Below, piece after piece: positions 39,291-53,592 of a stretch of 64,000 bases of DNA (the stretch's first letter is position 1; each line of letters begins with the position of its first letter). A model generated the notes under the pieces. The model saw only the letters and a list, made by a program, of their open reading frames with translations, made no database searches and had not been told where the DNA came from. Source of the DNA: the human T2T-CHM13v2.0 reference genome, Homo sapiens. The position numbers and the translations under genes were made by a program. Where the stretch lies: the NCBI RefSeq assembly GCF_009914755.1, contig NC_060931.1, one strand, 5' to 3'.

Positions 39291-40264
39291 TGTAGTGAGT
39301 CATAGTTATACTAAATGGGCTTGAATACTATAACTAGTTTTAGTGTTATAGTCATTAAAAAACACCATAATTCCAAATGGATATACCAATTACTGCTTGC
39401 TTATCTTATGCATCCTTTTCCTCTCCTCTCTATCCCCCAAAACCACTCTTGAAATCTTCCTGTCCTTTTGCTCTTATCCTACCTGGCCATCTATCCACCA
39501 TTTATCTAGTATAATTTCCATAATAAAACCACCAGCTTGCATTAGTGTGTTGGTTACTTCAAAGGTGGCTAAATTAGAGACTTTGGTTAAGGACACCAAA
39601 TTCTTACCAATTTGATGGTCTTGAGGGGCAGGCTGTCTGGCTCATCTCTTTTCTATCTGCTGCCCACCTTTTACTGCCTGCCCCACTAAGCACTTCTCAT
39701 CATGTCCGAGGAGAGAGTAAGTGGGTGCGTGCATGCGTGCTGCAAGTATCTGCATGGCATTCTTTTTCCTGAAAGATCTTCTTTTTTTTTTTTTTTTTGG
39801 CCATCATTTCCATTCTGTCCTAATATATCCTTTCTCTTTAAAAACCAGCATCTAGCCAAGGCATTGATGAAAAGTTTTCTTTGAGCTCCCTTGTGGCTGT
39901 GCAGAAGAGTTTATTCCTGAGGTTGCTCTCATTTAGGGTTGGAATCTTTGAAGATAAAATACTTCTTCCTACCTCTCACTTGAGATCAAGGAAACCTACA
40001 TAAGACTCCCAGAGCAAAAGGACCCTGTAACACTTGTGCCTTGGCATTGCCATATGCTCTGTTGCGCAGGAATGGGGAGGAACGGCCATCCACATGCCAC
40101 CCCCACTTCCACTCGGAAATAATAGGGGGTGACAAATGGCTGCTGCATTCTATTCTGTTTTACCAGGCTGTTTCTTTCCTGCCCTCAAGAGGTTTCTGAC
40201 TTTCTGACAGCAGGGAGCTGAGGTTGATCTAGCAACTGGGAGGATTGCACCTGGATTTGCAGAA

Positions 40265-40305
40265 ATACACATGCACATGTGTGCACGCACACACACACGC
40301 GCGCG

Positions 40306-40349
<44 letters not shown>
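40265..40349 (+). repeat. (CA)n-(CG)6-(CA)n compound microsatellite
   Basis: 85 bp of uninterrupted purine-pyrimidine alternation. Confidence 0.97.
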
Positions 40350-40351
<2 letters not shown>

Positions 40352-41534
40352 GCTGCTGCAACTCCCAGAGTATCACATAATCACTCTTCTGGCTTTAGTG
40401 GTTTTCCTTTGGCCACACTCTGCTCTTGTTTGGCTTGCTAGCACAGTAATCAGAGGAAAGACAGAGACTCTTTGCACTCTAATCCCCTTGTGGGTTACAG
40501 TAGTTTCAGATAGAAGACACTCCAGAGGGTGCTATACAATTTGGAGGTTTATAAAGGCCATCTTCTGGCCCCCATTTCCCTTTAAGAAATGAGCCCCTCA
40601 ATCTGCATTATACATGTTCCCTTACTGCTAGAAGGGTTTTACTGGTGCCCTGACACTCTTCTCTTCCTCACCCCTCCCAGAGCAAGAACTACAAAAACAT
40701 AGTTTTTTTCTCATTTTCTTTTAGATGTATCTGCTGCCATTTATTTTCTCTCTGGTGATTGTGTGATATAGGAAGGGGAAGCATCAATGGCTTCTTTATA
40801 TCCTAACCACATTCCTTGACTGGGCCCTGTTTCACATCTCTGACTCCTCTAGAGATTACTCAGCCAACATGCTGCCCCTCCTCAGCGCATCACCTTCTTG
40901 GGTCTCAGGGCTTGGCATTTTCATTCAGCCTTGCAGTTCCATGCTCATCACCAACACTGCAGACATCTGCTGCCACTTTCCTGCCTAAAGCAAGGGAATT
41001 CCTGTGATTCACACCGTGAGCAGAAGCAGGGGTCCTCTTCTACTCAGCATTATCCCAGTTTGTCTCACTCCTTTAGCCAATATCATGAAACTCTGAAACT
41101 TTATAGCAGGATGAAAACTTAAGCCTGTAGTCTAAAGACCCAGAATTATGAGTGAGGAAACTGAGGCCAGGAGAGCCATGAATGATAGTGTTTACTTGAT
41201 TGCTGTTTCAGATTTCACCAGCTTTTATTGATACTTCAGCATTTTACTTAGTCGATATATCTCTTCGTGTGACTCAAAGTATCCCAGTGGAGCACAGTTA
41301 ACTGCCCTGGATCCGAATTGCCACTGGAGGCCGTGGCAGTGTCGGCATCAATAGGGATCACCCATGACCTTTTATTTGGGATGTAGTAGGGGGTCTGAAG
41401 TTGGGAAAGTCTGAGGTGGTACTCAGTTCTGGGTTGAATGTCTTGTGAAAATCCTGTGAATACATCTTGCGGAGAAACACAGAGGGGAAAACTTCCTGTT
41501 GTGAGAGCAGGGCTGGTTCCCTTTTAAAAAGGTA

Positions 41535-41707
41535 TAGGATGAATATTCCATATTTGAAATACTTGAGACCAGAAGTGTTTTGGATTTTTAACTTTTTTTT
41601 TTTTTTTTTTTTTTGGAAATGCTCTGGTGAACATTTCCTTAGAGTGTCATGTGACACTCAAATAGTTTCAGATTTTGGAGCATTTCGGATTTGGGATGCT
41701 CAACCTA
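41535..41707 (+). mobile_element. Tigger4a/MER46 (Zombi) with internal deletion
   Basis: gaccagaagtgttttggattt...ttttggagcatttcggatttgggatgctcaacct; TA flanks. Confidence 0.85.
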
Positions 41708-41744
41708 TAATACCCAAAGGCTCTATTTCAGTAGAATTTATTGG

Positions 41745-42215
41745 TTTGCTGATTATAGCAGTGACATAGTTGCATTCTAGAGACCTTAGAAAATGCAGAA
41801 AATTTCAAGAAAAACATTTAAATTGTGCTCATAGTGAAACTGAGAGGTGACCACTCTTAATATTTTGTGGCATAAGCATTCCAGTCTTTTATCTTTCTCA
41901 AAGTTTCACATAAACTTTCTCAAAGGCCATTAAATACTTTTCCATAGCCTGATTTTTTGTGACCACATAGTATCCTATTATATTGATAATACCATAATTT
42001 ACCTAACCCATTTTTATATATTTGGATTTTTTCCAATTCATCATTATTATGAATAATGGTGTATCTCAGTGGTTATTACTTTGCACTGCATTTCTTATGA
42101 AAGTATTGAGTAAAAGGAAGTAAAGCCCTCTCAGAGTGTTTTGTAGGCTGTCACATTTCACTCCATAATGTCCTAGTGTTTGTTGCCACCAGTGATATAT
42201 GAAGGTACCCACTGA
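41745..42215 (-). mobile_element. Ancient L1ME fragment
   Basis: catagtatcctatt...accataatttacctaaccc...ccaccagtgatatatgaaggtaccc. Confidence 0.55.
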
Positions 42216-42889
42216 AATGTCACACCTTTTTGGTTTTCCTTTTTAAAATAAAAAATAAAAAAGACATTTAACCATATAATATTGTTCTTATATATGATTT
42301 ATTATAATGTAGATTCACATCTTTGAGTTCATAAAAATATTGAATTTGGATTCTCTCCAATTTCCCTTTTAGTAGAAAGGCTAAAGTTCGGTAAGAAATT
42401 CTACTTGGAATTTTATTGAATTGAGAAACATACTTGGATTTCTGTAACTCATGACAAGTAACAAATAAACAATTAGCCAATTAATTAAAATATCTGTTAA
42501 AACCTTGAGTAATGCAGAGATTTAGTTAGGCAGTGTAGTTTAAAAAAATCAAACAAACCAGACCTATGCTGATCTCCTTGGAGATGACCATCAACAGGAA
42601 AGATAGACTTTAAACAGTGTATGTTGACATAGAGCAAGTTTCTAATTTTCCATCATTTCAAGGTGCTGGAAATTATATGGACATAAATGCCTTTATAATA
42701 TGTGTACATCTGGTGAGTATAAATTCTCAGATTTGAGGACATTTCCAATAAAAGACTCACATACAAAGTATAAAACCAGTAAGCAATGGAATGCTAATCA
42801 AGTAATGAAGGATTCAGGAAAGAAAATAAAATTATGCCAAACCATGTAGGCCAAGAAATGCAAGTGGGAAAAAAAAAAACTTAAGCTGA

Positions 42890-43347
42890 TGTCAAAGTCA
42901 AAATAAAATGTAGAGACAAATCTCTAAATTTAATGTTTTATTTGGGAATCATAGAATCACATTTGGGGCATGCAAACAGACTGGGTGGTCTTCAGCATGT
43001 CCAAAGAACAAAGGAAAGATTGGGGGTTTTATTAGAAAGGGAAATGTTACTTACAGTTTTGAAAGAAAGCTCATTGACCCTAGAGAAGCTTGTGGGAGCT
43101 GCCCGGGTCTGATTGGTGAGTGATGGTAGTAGATAAAACTAGTCTTAAAGTCATAGCAGGTTGTTTCAGCAGCTGCTAAGTAAAACTGGTCTTATGGTTA
43201 CAGCAGGCTGTTTCAACAGCTGGGCTTGGAGAAAACTCAATTCTTGGAGCATGTGCTGTGTCTTGAGTACTTTTTCCCGCTGCTCTGTCAACTCTTCTTT
43301 AGTTGGGCATGACAAGAATGATGCAATTTGCATAATCAACTTTCACA
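42890..43347 (-). mobile_element. ERV1 solo LTR, MER67-like
   Basis: TG...CA ends, perfect 4-bp TSD ctga; minus strand starts tgtgaaagttgattatgcaaattgcatcattcttgtcatgcccaactaaa. Confidence 0.8.
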
Positions 43348-44372
43348 CTGAGTTTCCTGTAGCCTATACAAAACATAAATATTAGTGTTTTTTTACCTTT
43401 TTACAGTTTTTATTGTATTGTCTATTGAAGTGAAACATTAAAGTTATCAGAATAGAGAAACATTTGCCTATCACTACACATTGAGAAGATACTGTAAAGA
43501 GACTTGAACAAACACTGGGCAGTATGATGCGTAGAACTTTCAGTCTAGTTTTTACAAGAAAAAGAAAAGAACTGTGCTAACCATTTTGTTCATCAATATA
43601 AACTCAAGTAATGAGGTTAAATTGTAGTTCTTTGCAGAGTGCCTGGCCACCAGGTCCGTAATCGCTGGAGGTTTGATTAGATATTGAGAAAGAAATCTGC
43701 AAACCTTGGCAAAATTTGCTGCATAATTCCAAGACTGCTGGTTCTTAAATTTATCTCCATCAAAACACAGATGTCCTGTGAGCTGGACTAAGCCATCTCA
43801 CTATCTATAATCAAATTATTGCTTTCTTTTTTTTCCCACTGAAAGATCGAAAAAGAAAAAATGGGTAAAAATTCTTAGATAACTGTTTTTGTAATGTGTA
43901 TTTTTGTTGAACCTTGCCTCATTGTATAATCAAGTAACAAATATGAATAGAAAATACTATTGACTATGGATGGTACTTAGCTCAACAGCTTATTTTGAAG
44001 AGGAAACCATCATGTTTTTAAATATGAAACATAATCATGTACTTTACGAATAAAATTCTTCCTATTTCTTACAACAAAATTGAACATTTCAGGATTTAAT
44101 GGTGTTCCATAGCCACTAGCACGCAGTAGCTCATAATTTCAAGGTGTTTGACCACATCGGTCAGTTTGAAAATCATACCTGACCATCACTATTGAACACC
44201 TGAAGTGCAAGCATCCATGATGGAGACTGGAGCTGTCCATTGGCTACTGCCTTTCAGACTAGGGGTGGCAAACCTGACCCTTTGTTATAAAAATGAAAGC
44301 CCTCAAACGTGTTCTTGTCCTCACGAAGATTTTTGTCTCTACTGAAATGCCTGTAGGCCATTTTTGGAAATT

Positions 44373-44607
44373 ATAGCTAGTGTGCTCACTAAAGTTTTTC
44401 TTATGTGCCAGACACATGCTCTAGCTTTACATACAATAGCTGTAAACCTCACACAACCTTGTAAGGTAGAGAGCATTATTATCTGTATTTTATTGGTAGG
44501 GAAACTGAGAGGCTAAGTGCCTTGGCCAAGATCACCAAGTTATGAAATCACACGAAAGGAGAGCCTAGATCCCTCTACCAGCACTCCTTCCTCTATATGC
44601 ACTGCCT
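44373..44607 (-). mobile_element. MIR SINE
   Basis: tatgtgccagacac...caaccttgtaaggtag...gggaaactgag...ccaagatcac. Confidence 0.8.
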
Positions 44608-45575
44608 TGCAGTAATCAAGACTTCACTAAAAGCAATTTCAGATCTCTGCAAATGTTTGAACAAGAGCTCTGTTGAAATGCCATAAAATATAGGATATAA
44701 CCTTAGCTTTGAAACATTTTGAGGGGAGTTACCAACTTAAAAAAAAAAATGTTTACCTTTGAGCATAACCACATCCGAAAGAGTCACAGAGCTAGTCACA
44801 GAATGTACCCCTCGATAAGTAAACAACATAACCTGTTGAATAAGTAAGTAGTTTAGTCTTCTCTGCCTGCATGTTGCTAAAAATAACTTTTGCTTTGGTA
44901 TAGAAGTTTTGAAAGTTGTGTAGTTCAATGAATATTTGTTGACAGTGATTGAAACTTACATTGTTTCTCTCATGCTAATCTTGCCAAGCTTTGGTGGTCT
45001 TCAAGTATTTGAAACAAGAAAGGGCCAGGCCAGAGCCCTCGTTTTCAGATATGGGACAACAACCAGGCTTTCTCCATTTGAAGGAAGAGGAAAGAGATAA
45101 GGGAATTGTTGCAGTGAATCCTGTGGGCCCCAGGAGTTATAACAATTGTTTTCTAGGACATACCCATTTCACTCTTCTTAATTTTCTGCCATCAGCATTT
45201 CTGGGGATGTACTAGGAAAATGGAAGGAACATACCCAGCTTCCAGGGTTTCAGTAGTAAAGTATAGACTAGTTTAAGAGCAAATTGATTAGATCACTTCT
45301 ACTCCTATGATGTCCATTTCTCATATAAAGATAAGCTGAGAAAGGTTTATTTTAAAATTAAAGCTAGTTGTTTAAAAGTGCGGCTGAAGTTAACTCATGG
45401 ATTGCCCTAAAGTATTGAGCTGTGATTATAAAAAAATGTTTACCAAATATTGTCACTATGGCTCTTATGTAGTGAAGAGAAGAATTTAGCCTTAAATTAG
45501 TTAAAATGTGCAAACCGTTTAGAACAGTGCTTAACATATAGTAAGTGCTCCATAGGTATTACCTATGCTTTAGAA

Positions 45576-45883
45576 CAGTAGTTCTCAACTGGTGTACCAC
45601 ACGGCACAAGTATATCTTTATCCTTTCTCAGACATGTGCCGAAACATCTATACACATATTAATTTTTTTTTGTATAGCCAAATATGTAGGTGAAGTGCAC
45701 ACTGATGTTTCACTTGGCTGAATAAAATAAGAGGTGAGAGACACAGTGTAATGTCAAGTCTTTGCTTACCAGAGTGAAATGGGGCATCGCCTTTCGGGTC
45801 TATAGGGGTGCACTGAGCAGTCCCGTTAAAAAGGCACATGTTCAAAAAGACTAACCAGGTGAGCAGCATGTTAATTACCACTG
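45576..45883. mobile_element. hAT-Charlie-type non-autonomous element (family uncertain)
   Basis: Ends cagtagttctcaac ... taccactg with 8-bp flanks ctttagaa / cttttaag. Confidence 0.6.
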
Positions 45884-47203
45884 CTTTTAAGAACACTGGA
45901 AAGGCAAGTGGTTGTATGGTAGTAGCAATTACATTGTAATTACTGTGACTTAGTTAGAAGTTTTTGAACCCCTTTTGTATTTCAAATTGCCCTGTACATA
46001 CAAAGTGGGTCAGAACCATCAGTTAAGAATTAGTGGGGTCAGTTCCTGTCTGTAGCTATTAAAGTGATTTATTTATTGTCTTATAACATTATACTATATT
46101 AATTTACACATAGCCTTGGAAAAACTCTTTCTCAGACTTCTAGGCCAGAGTCTAAATACATTTATGAAACTTCTCAGGACCAGGTTTTGATAGTGCGGAG
46201 ATCAGGGAGAGCCTAAAATCATAAGACTTCTCTAATAGAGTTAGGTCATTAAAGAATATGAATATATGAAGAGTAGGGCATTAGAGACAACATTCTATAC
46301 CTAACATTTTGGTCCAAATCCTATAAAGGTTTCTCACATAGAAAGCTGCCTTTTTGCATGTACTACAGCTTGTGTCTCTAATATCCTTTCTGTACCAATA
46401 CACACCACATATCTGATTATTGTTCAAATACTCCTCTTAACTTACCAATGAAAGCTTCAGATCACTTAAAGAGATTGCAGATACTATAGTGAACATAGTA
46501 GAAAATCATTATTCTATTGTATAGTAAAACCCATGAGTTACATCTAAAATGTTACTACTGTTTTTATGTAGTCTTTAAAAAAAGAGATTATGAAGGTTTA
46601 CAATTATAGTAAAACTTATTAAGTAGATGCATCAATAGGAAAAGAAACCATTATCCTTTCAACCCAGTCCTATTTCATAAATAGCACATCAGCGCTTCAG
46701 TGATTAAGAAACATGGCTCATCTTTGCAGCATGTTGCTTTTATTACTTTTTGCCCACGGACCTAAGAGGGGAGAGGTAAAGTGATAGAGGAAAAAGCTCC
46801 AAGGCAAATCAAGTTCACATATTTTTATTTAAGGATTCTAGGAACTCGAAGACTGAATCAAACTTGTTACTTAGTTTTTCACTGGAATAATGGCTCTATT
46901 TCTATAGTAGAGTGAGTAGAAGGTTAATGGTATCTGCCATTGATGGTTTACTAACTGGTTAAATAACTGATTGAAATGTGGTAAAGGGAGATGAAAACAA
47001 ACTAAATCTTTTTTTTTTTTTTTGGCCCAGATTTTCACGTTTAGATGCCATGAAGCTTTTGATTGTGGGTCTAAAGACAAACTGTGACAGTGATTGGAGG
47101 CTTCTTTTAGGGGTCGGGAGATATATGGAAGGACAAGGAGGACAGAGGAATTCAATCTCCTATGCAGTCTCTGCACCTGTTCACTAAGAAATAAGTCAGC
47201 TGA

Positions 47204-47711
<508 letters not shown>

Positions 47712-48029
47712 TTAGAATACTTGTCATGCCAAAATGATGGTATCGTCCTACTGGGGTTTTTAAATGTTAATACAAGTAAAATAAGATGGATTTTTTTAAA
47801 AAATGGCAAGCGTTTCTTAGTTTGGCTCTCTTGGCTTTTGTTTAAAACTGAAGATCACTAAGCCTAGATTTTTGTGTCTCCAGTTTAAAAAAAAGTAAAT
47901 TTCAAAAGCAGTTCCTAGAACTCTCCCTCTCCATAGGCCTGTTGTGAGATGCCTATGTCCCTATAAGTGTGCTTCAATCTACCAGCTTTCCTAAAACAGG
48001 TTGATGGCTTAGTGGATAAAGATGGGACT

Positions 48030-48185
48030 TACAAAGCCTATTGATTCTCTTATTGTACTCATCTGTAGAATGGGAATAGCAATGGTACATGCTGATCTTA
48101 CATGATGTGAGGATGTGATGAAATAATACATGGAAGGTATTGAGACTACTGTCTGGGTCATAGCAAGCAGTTTTGCCATTATTAT
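48030..48185 (+). mobile_element. MIR fragment
   Basis: ctcatctgtagaatgggaatagc...tgtgaggat...gaaataatacatggaagg. Confidence 0.6.
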
Positions 48186-48375
48186 ATTTGTCATGACAGT
48201 TTTGCCATTATTATTAACCCAATAATAATGTCGTGTCCCCTTTCTCCATTCTTGTCTCCCAAAGATGTCACACATTCATTATTGCCAAAAAACATTTTTA
48301 AAGCTTTCTGTTTTTCTGGTACTTGCAGTGTGGCTGACGCCAGTAGGGTATAACTCCTCTGAGAATGGGTGCTGA

Positions 48376-49032
<657 letters not shown>

Positions 49033-49597
49033 TGGGAAATATCTTAAAAGAATCAAAATAAGAAAGTTACTCTACTTAAATCGTGTGCTTTTTCTGTGTG
49101 TGATTTATGGTAATCTTACCATGGGGTATCTGATTACTTTAGAAAGATCCATTTAGCTTATTTTTTTCTTCTTTGGGTTATTTTTTTCTTCCTTCCATTT
49201 GCACAGCCTCCCCCCAAATAAAAAATAAAGATATAAAGTCTATCTTCTCCCTCTTGTCAGTTTAAGTAAAAAGAACTTTTGCTTCCATTTTAATAATAGA
49301 ATTTGTGTGTATATAATATAGGCAGTGATTTGGCCTCAAGCTGAGTTTAGATTTGAAAAGATGAGAATATTAAAGCTTGTCAGCCAGCCCACAAACCACT
49401 TAAGTATTTCTGATCTGACAGGATGTGGGGTGGAGTTCTTTTTCTTTTCTCCACCAACACCCCTCACAATTAAAATAAATCAGATAAAATAGACACTGTG
49501 AAGGTGGGACTGAAAGTAGGTGATAGGAAAGGGTGGCCCCACACCAGGACCAGTACATATGCAGAAATTCCGTCCAAAGTACTTCAAGGGTCTAGGA

Positions 49598-49770
49598 CAG
49601 TGCTGTCCAGTACAACTTTCTGTCACATTGAAAATGTTCTGCATGGCCCAACAGAGTAGCCACAAGTCACACGGGGCTGAAGGCAGATAGTGTAACTAGG
49701 ATTTGAATTTTTAATTTTATGTCATTTTAATTTAAATAGCCACAGGTAGCTAATGTCTTGAACAGTGTAG
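49598..49770 (+). mobile_element. MER3 (hAT-Charlie)
   Basis: cagtgctgtccagtacaactttctg...tgaatttttaattttat...aaatagccaca...aacagtgtag; flanks gtctagga/gactagaa. Confidence 0.85.
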
Positions 49771-49849
49771 GACTAGAAAAAATAGATTTTGACACACATT
49801 CTCATGTATGAAAAACTGCCAAAGAGCATCAGATTGCTCTAGTTGTGGA

Positions 49850-50010
49850 AGATTGATTTGGGAGTAAAAGAACGTCTAAACTGCTATCCTGTGGAAGAGA
49901 AATAGATTTCTATTTTGTTGTTCCATAGGGAAGAAACAGGACTACTTGGGAGAAACTGCAGAGCAACACATTTAGGCTCAGGCTAAAAAAACTTCCTCAG
50001 AATTAGTCAT
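49850..50010 (+). mobile_element. L3/CR1 fragment
   Basis: ctgtggaagagaaatagatttctattttgttgttccatagggaagaaacaggac...atttaggctcagg..aaaaaacttcct. Confidence 0.5.
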
Positions 50011-51940
50011 ACAAAATTCTACTCAGATCTCTTCGAGTTTAAGGACGACCCCCAATTCTGAGAGTACTCAGGGTTAGACTTGATGGCAGTTTGACGAGGA
50101 CCTGCAGTTCCCCATTTATAACACTTGTCCCACACAGAGTCACTAGTTGTGCTAAGTATTAGCTGAAACATTGTTTTCATAAGTGCTCTGAAGCTACCAA
50201 GACCATTGGTATCATTTTATTAGACATGACTATTATTTAGCTAAAGACAATGTACTTTGAGTCACTGTAAGGCCATTTGTTCTAAAAGAAACAAAAAGAT
50301 TCTCCTTGGGATCCCAAGCGGAACCCTGTTGTTCTAACAGTAAACATGCTCCCCATGACTACGATAGGTGGCACTGGTCATTCAGTTGTTAATCTTAAAC
50401 TTTTCAGTGATTATTTCACCTGGAGGGGATGCTGACATTGGCACAATAGCCTTTCCAAATACCCAGAAAATTTCTGATAATAAGCAAATGGATGAACTCA
50501 CAGTAGTTCAGCTGTGGTAGATGCTCTCGTTGCTGGTTAGTACTTGTAGCATCCATCAGCCACGGACCCGCCGGTTCCTACTGTTGGATGTAACAGATTC
50601 ATGGAAAAGAAGCCTTGTAGGTAATGTCACAGCAGTGGTCTTAAATTGCAAAGAATTTCTACCAGCCTCACGAACCAGGGCATGGCATGGAATTCATTGG
50701 CCCTGCTTATCCCCCCGTGGAGACGTGGGAATGGCAGGACTGTGAATGTGGAGCTCAGTTACCCAGCAGAGGGGTAACGCTCTCATAAAGAACTCCCACA
50801 GAATTAATTAGCCGCATTTTAGCACTGGAGACTGCACCTCTTACATAGTAGGAGCGATGGTTCAGAAAGATAATGAAGGCCCTTAGGTTATTATTGATAG
50901 ACCCTGCCTTCTTTTTAAGCAGGAGGACATTTCCTCGTTCTTTCTCTTGTTAAAATGATAAGTGCAGAGCACTCTCATTAGGATGTAGCCCCTTGGCTCC
51001 CAAGGACACAGTGAGATTTCCTTTCCTTCCGTGCATGTTGTCTCTCTCTCTTTCCCTGCCATCTCATTCTGACATTTCAAGTAAACAGGCATACATTTAC
51101 CTGTTGGTAGGTGATTACATACTAATAAAAACTACAAGTAAGGAACACTAGGCAGCCCCCATTTTACAAATTGGCATTTAGTCCCTCTATAATCTCTTCT
51201 CTGGAGAGGAGTAATATCCACCTGGATGTAAGGCTGGGTGGAATTATAATGCAGCCCTGTTACACAGATGGCTGTCTTCGTCTGTGACATGTGTGCACAC
51301 GTAGACATTCTTGCATGTGCTTTTCTGTCAGCCCAGATTGATGTGTGCATAGGTTAAATTGCTAGAGAAATCAGCTTTCTACACCAGTTGCATCTGATAC
51401 AAATTTCTACCTCTGGCTGGGCCCTGGTGCCAAGTGTTTGCTCATTTTGACAGTCCTCAAATTTGTTGCTTTAGATTTTTTTCCTCTCATCTTAAACCCT
51501 CTAGTCCAGACTTTCGTATCACACTTTATTATGTGTAGATAGCTCTACCAAGAATATCAAGGGTATCTAGTAAAATCACCCTCAACTTCCATCTCCGCCA
51601 TTTAACATGAAAACATTGTTATTCATGTTTATGTCACTCCCTCTGGAGAAAAACATGTTCTTCATTCCCAAGGTCAAAGCCATGTTCTTCAACCAACGCT
51701 TACAGTCTCCTCCATGGTTTTGTCACATCAGTCATTCCTTTCCCTTTGCCTTGTACCTGCTGTCTTTTTCACCACTTCCCTCTCAGCTCATGAACTCTAG
51801 CGAGTTTCCTCCAATCTTTAAAAATCTAAAGGAGAAACCACCTCCATCTTGTGTGTCTCCATCCCTCAAGGTCAAAGAACTTTTATGCTTGCTGTCACCC
51901 TTCATAACCCGTGGATGAATAGTTACTGTATCCTATTGTG

Positions 51941-52012
51941 CTAATAAAATAGTTTCTTAATACCCACCAATGACTTTCTAATAAAATAGCTTCTTAATGC
52001 CCACCAGTGACC
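51941..52012 (+). repeat. Two-copy 37-bp tandem duplication
   Basis: ctaataaaatagtttcttaatacccaccaatgac / ctaataaaatagcttcttaatgcccaccagtgac. Confidence 0.9.
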
Positions 52013-52174
52013 GCATTCTGCCTAGTTGACAAGCTGTTCCACTTTGGATCTCTCTCATCCCATGGACTGCCTGACTTTGCCACTCCTTGTTCCCATCCTT
52101 TTCTGTATCTTTGTCAGGCTCTCTTCTCTTTCTCCTTAAATATTCGTCAGTATCCCAAAGTTTATAGAGAATGT

Positions 52175-52355
52175 TACTTAACAGCATGGATATGAGGAAC
52201 AGGTAGGCCTGAATTCAAATCCTTGCTCCACTACTTATATGGCTATGGAAACTTGAGTAAATTAGTTTTTCTGAGTATGTTTTCTCATACTGACTTCAGA
52301 TGGTTGTGAGGATGAAATTAGCAAATACATGCCATGTGCTTAGCAGAGTGCCTTA
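52175..52355 (+). mobile_element. MIR SINE
   Basis: cctgaattcaaatccttgctccactactta...ggttgtgaggatgaaatta...gcttagcagagtgcct. Confidence 0.7.
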
Positions 52356-53274
52356 GGTCACTGCCCCTGGCCTGTCTTTCCCCTCTTCCCACTGTTCATG
52401 CTCTTACCTGCCATTGTTATTCTTTCTGTTCCTGGCCTCCTTCGGGAACCCAAAAGCCACATTGTCAACCACCTGCCAGACACCTTTCTCAAATAGAAAT
52501 AACTATCCCTTTTTCCCAAAGTAAATTTCTCCTTCCCCAACTTGGCTTGATAGTCTCTCTCAAGTAGGAAGCACAGATGTCCATTTGACCTCCTCCCTCT
52601 CTCTTACCCTCATATCCGGTCGACAATCCATGTCTATCCTAGCCCCTGGATTCTTGAGTCTAGACCTTTCTTTGATTCTTAATACCACCATCTTGGCTAA
52701 GGCTTCTCCTACCTCCAGCTTAGATTATTGTTCTGGCATCCCAAGTCGTTCCCCATCTCTATTCTATTGTAAGCATTCTCCCTGAAATTGTACATATATT
52801 ATTTAGTTGCCTTCTCAAGTTGTTCTCCTTTGTACTTTCCAATCCCTTATTAACTTTTGGCTGAAGGTTTCATAGCCAATCTGTAGCTCAGGGGTAGAAA
52901 GGCAAAAATGGTTGATGCCCTGCATAGAGTTAGAACTCATTAAATGCTGAATTAATGCAGTATAAAATAAAGCAAAATAGGAAGTGTAGTAAGTCATAAT
53001 GTAATAAGAAGTGGGGATAAGTGGTTGATTAACCAAAAGTTAGCTTTCCATTGATAAATACTACAGAATTAGTTGTAGAAAAAAGAGATTTATAACTTGA
53101 TCTTCATTTCTCACCTGAGCCTATGACAAGAGGGTAATGGATTGGACAAACAAGTGGAAAATCTCAGCTGGCATCAATGGGCTGTCTTCTGCTCCCACCC
53201 AGTGGGTGTGAAGTCACTCTCTGGCTCTCTGTATACCTCTCCTTCCAGCCATTGCTGATGGAGCCAGGTCTCTA

Positions 53275-53592
<318 letters not shown>

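Larger units (their letters stand above)
51620..52790 (+). mobile_element. Degraded L2, interrupted by a MIR
   Basis: Pyrimidine-rich sense L2 text, e.g. tttgacctcctccctctctcttaccctcatatcc, ttagattattg. Confidence 0.6.
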
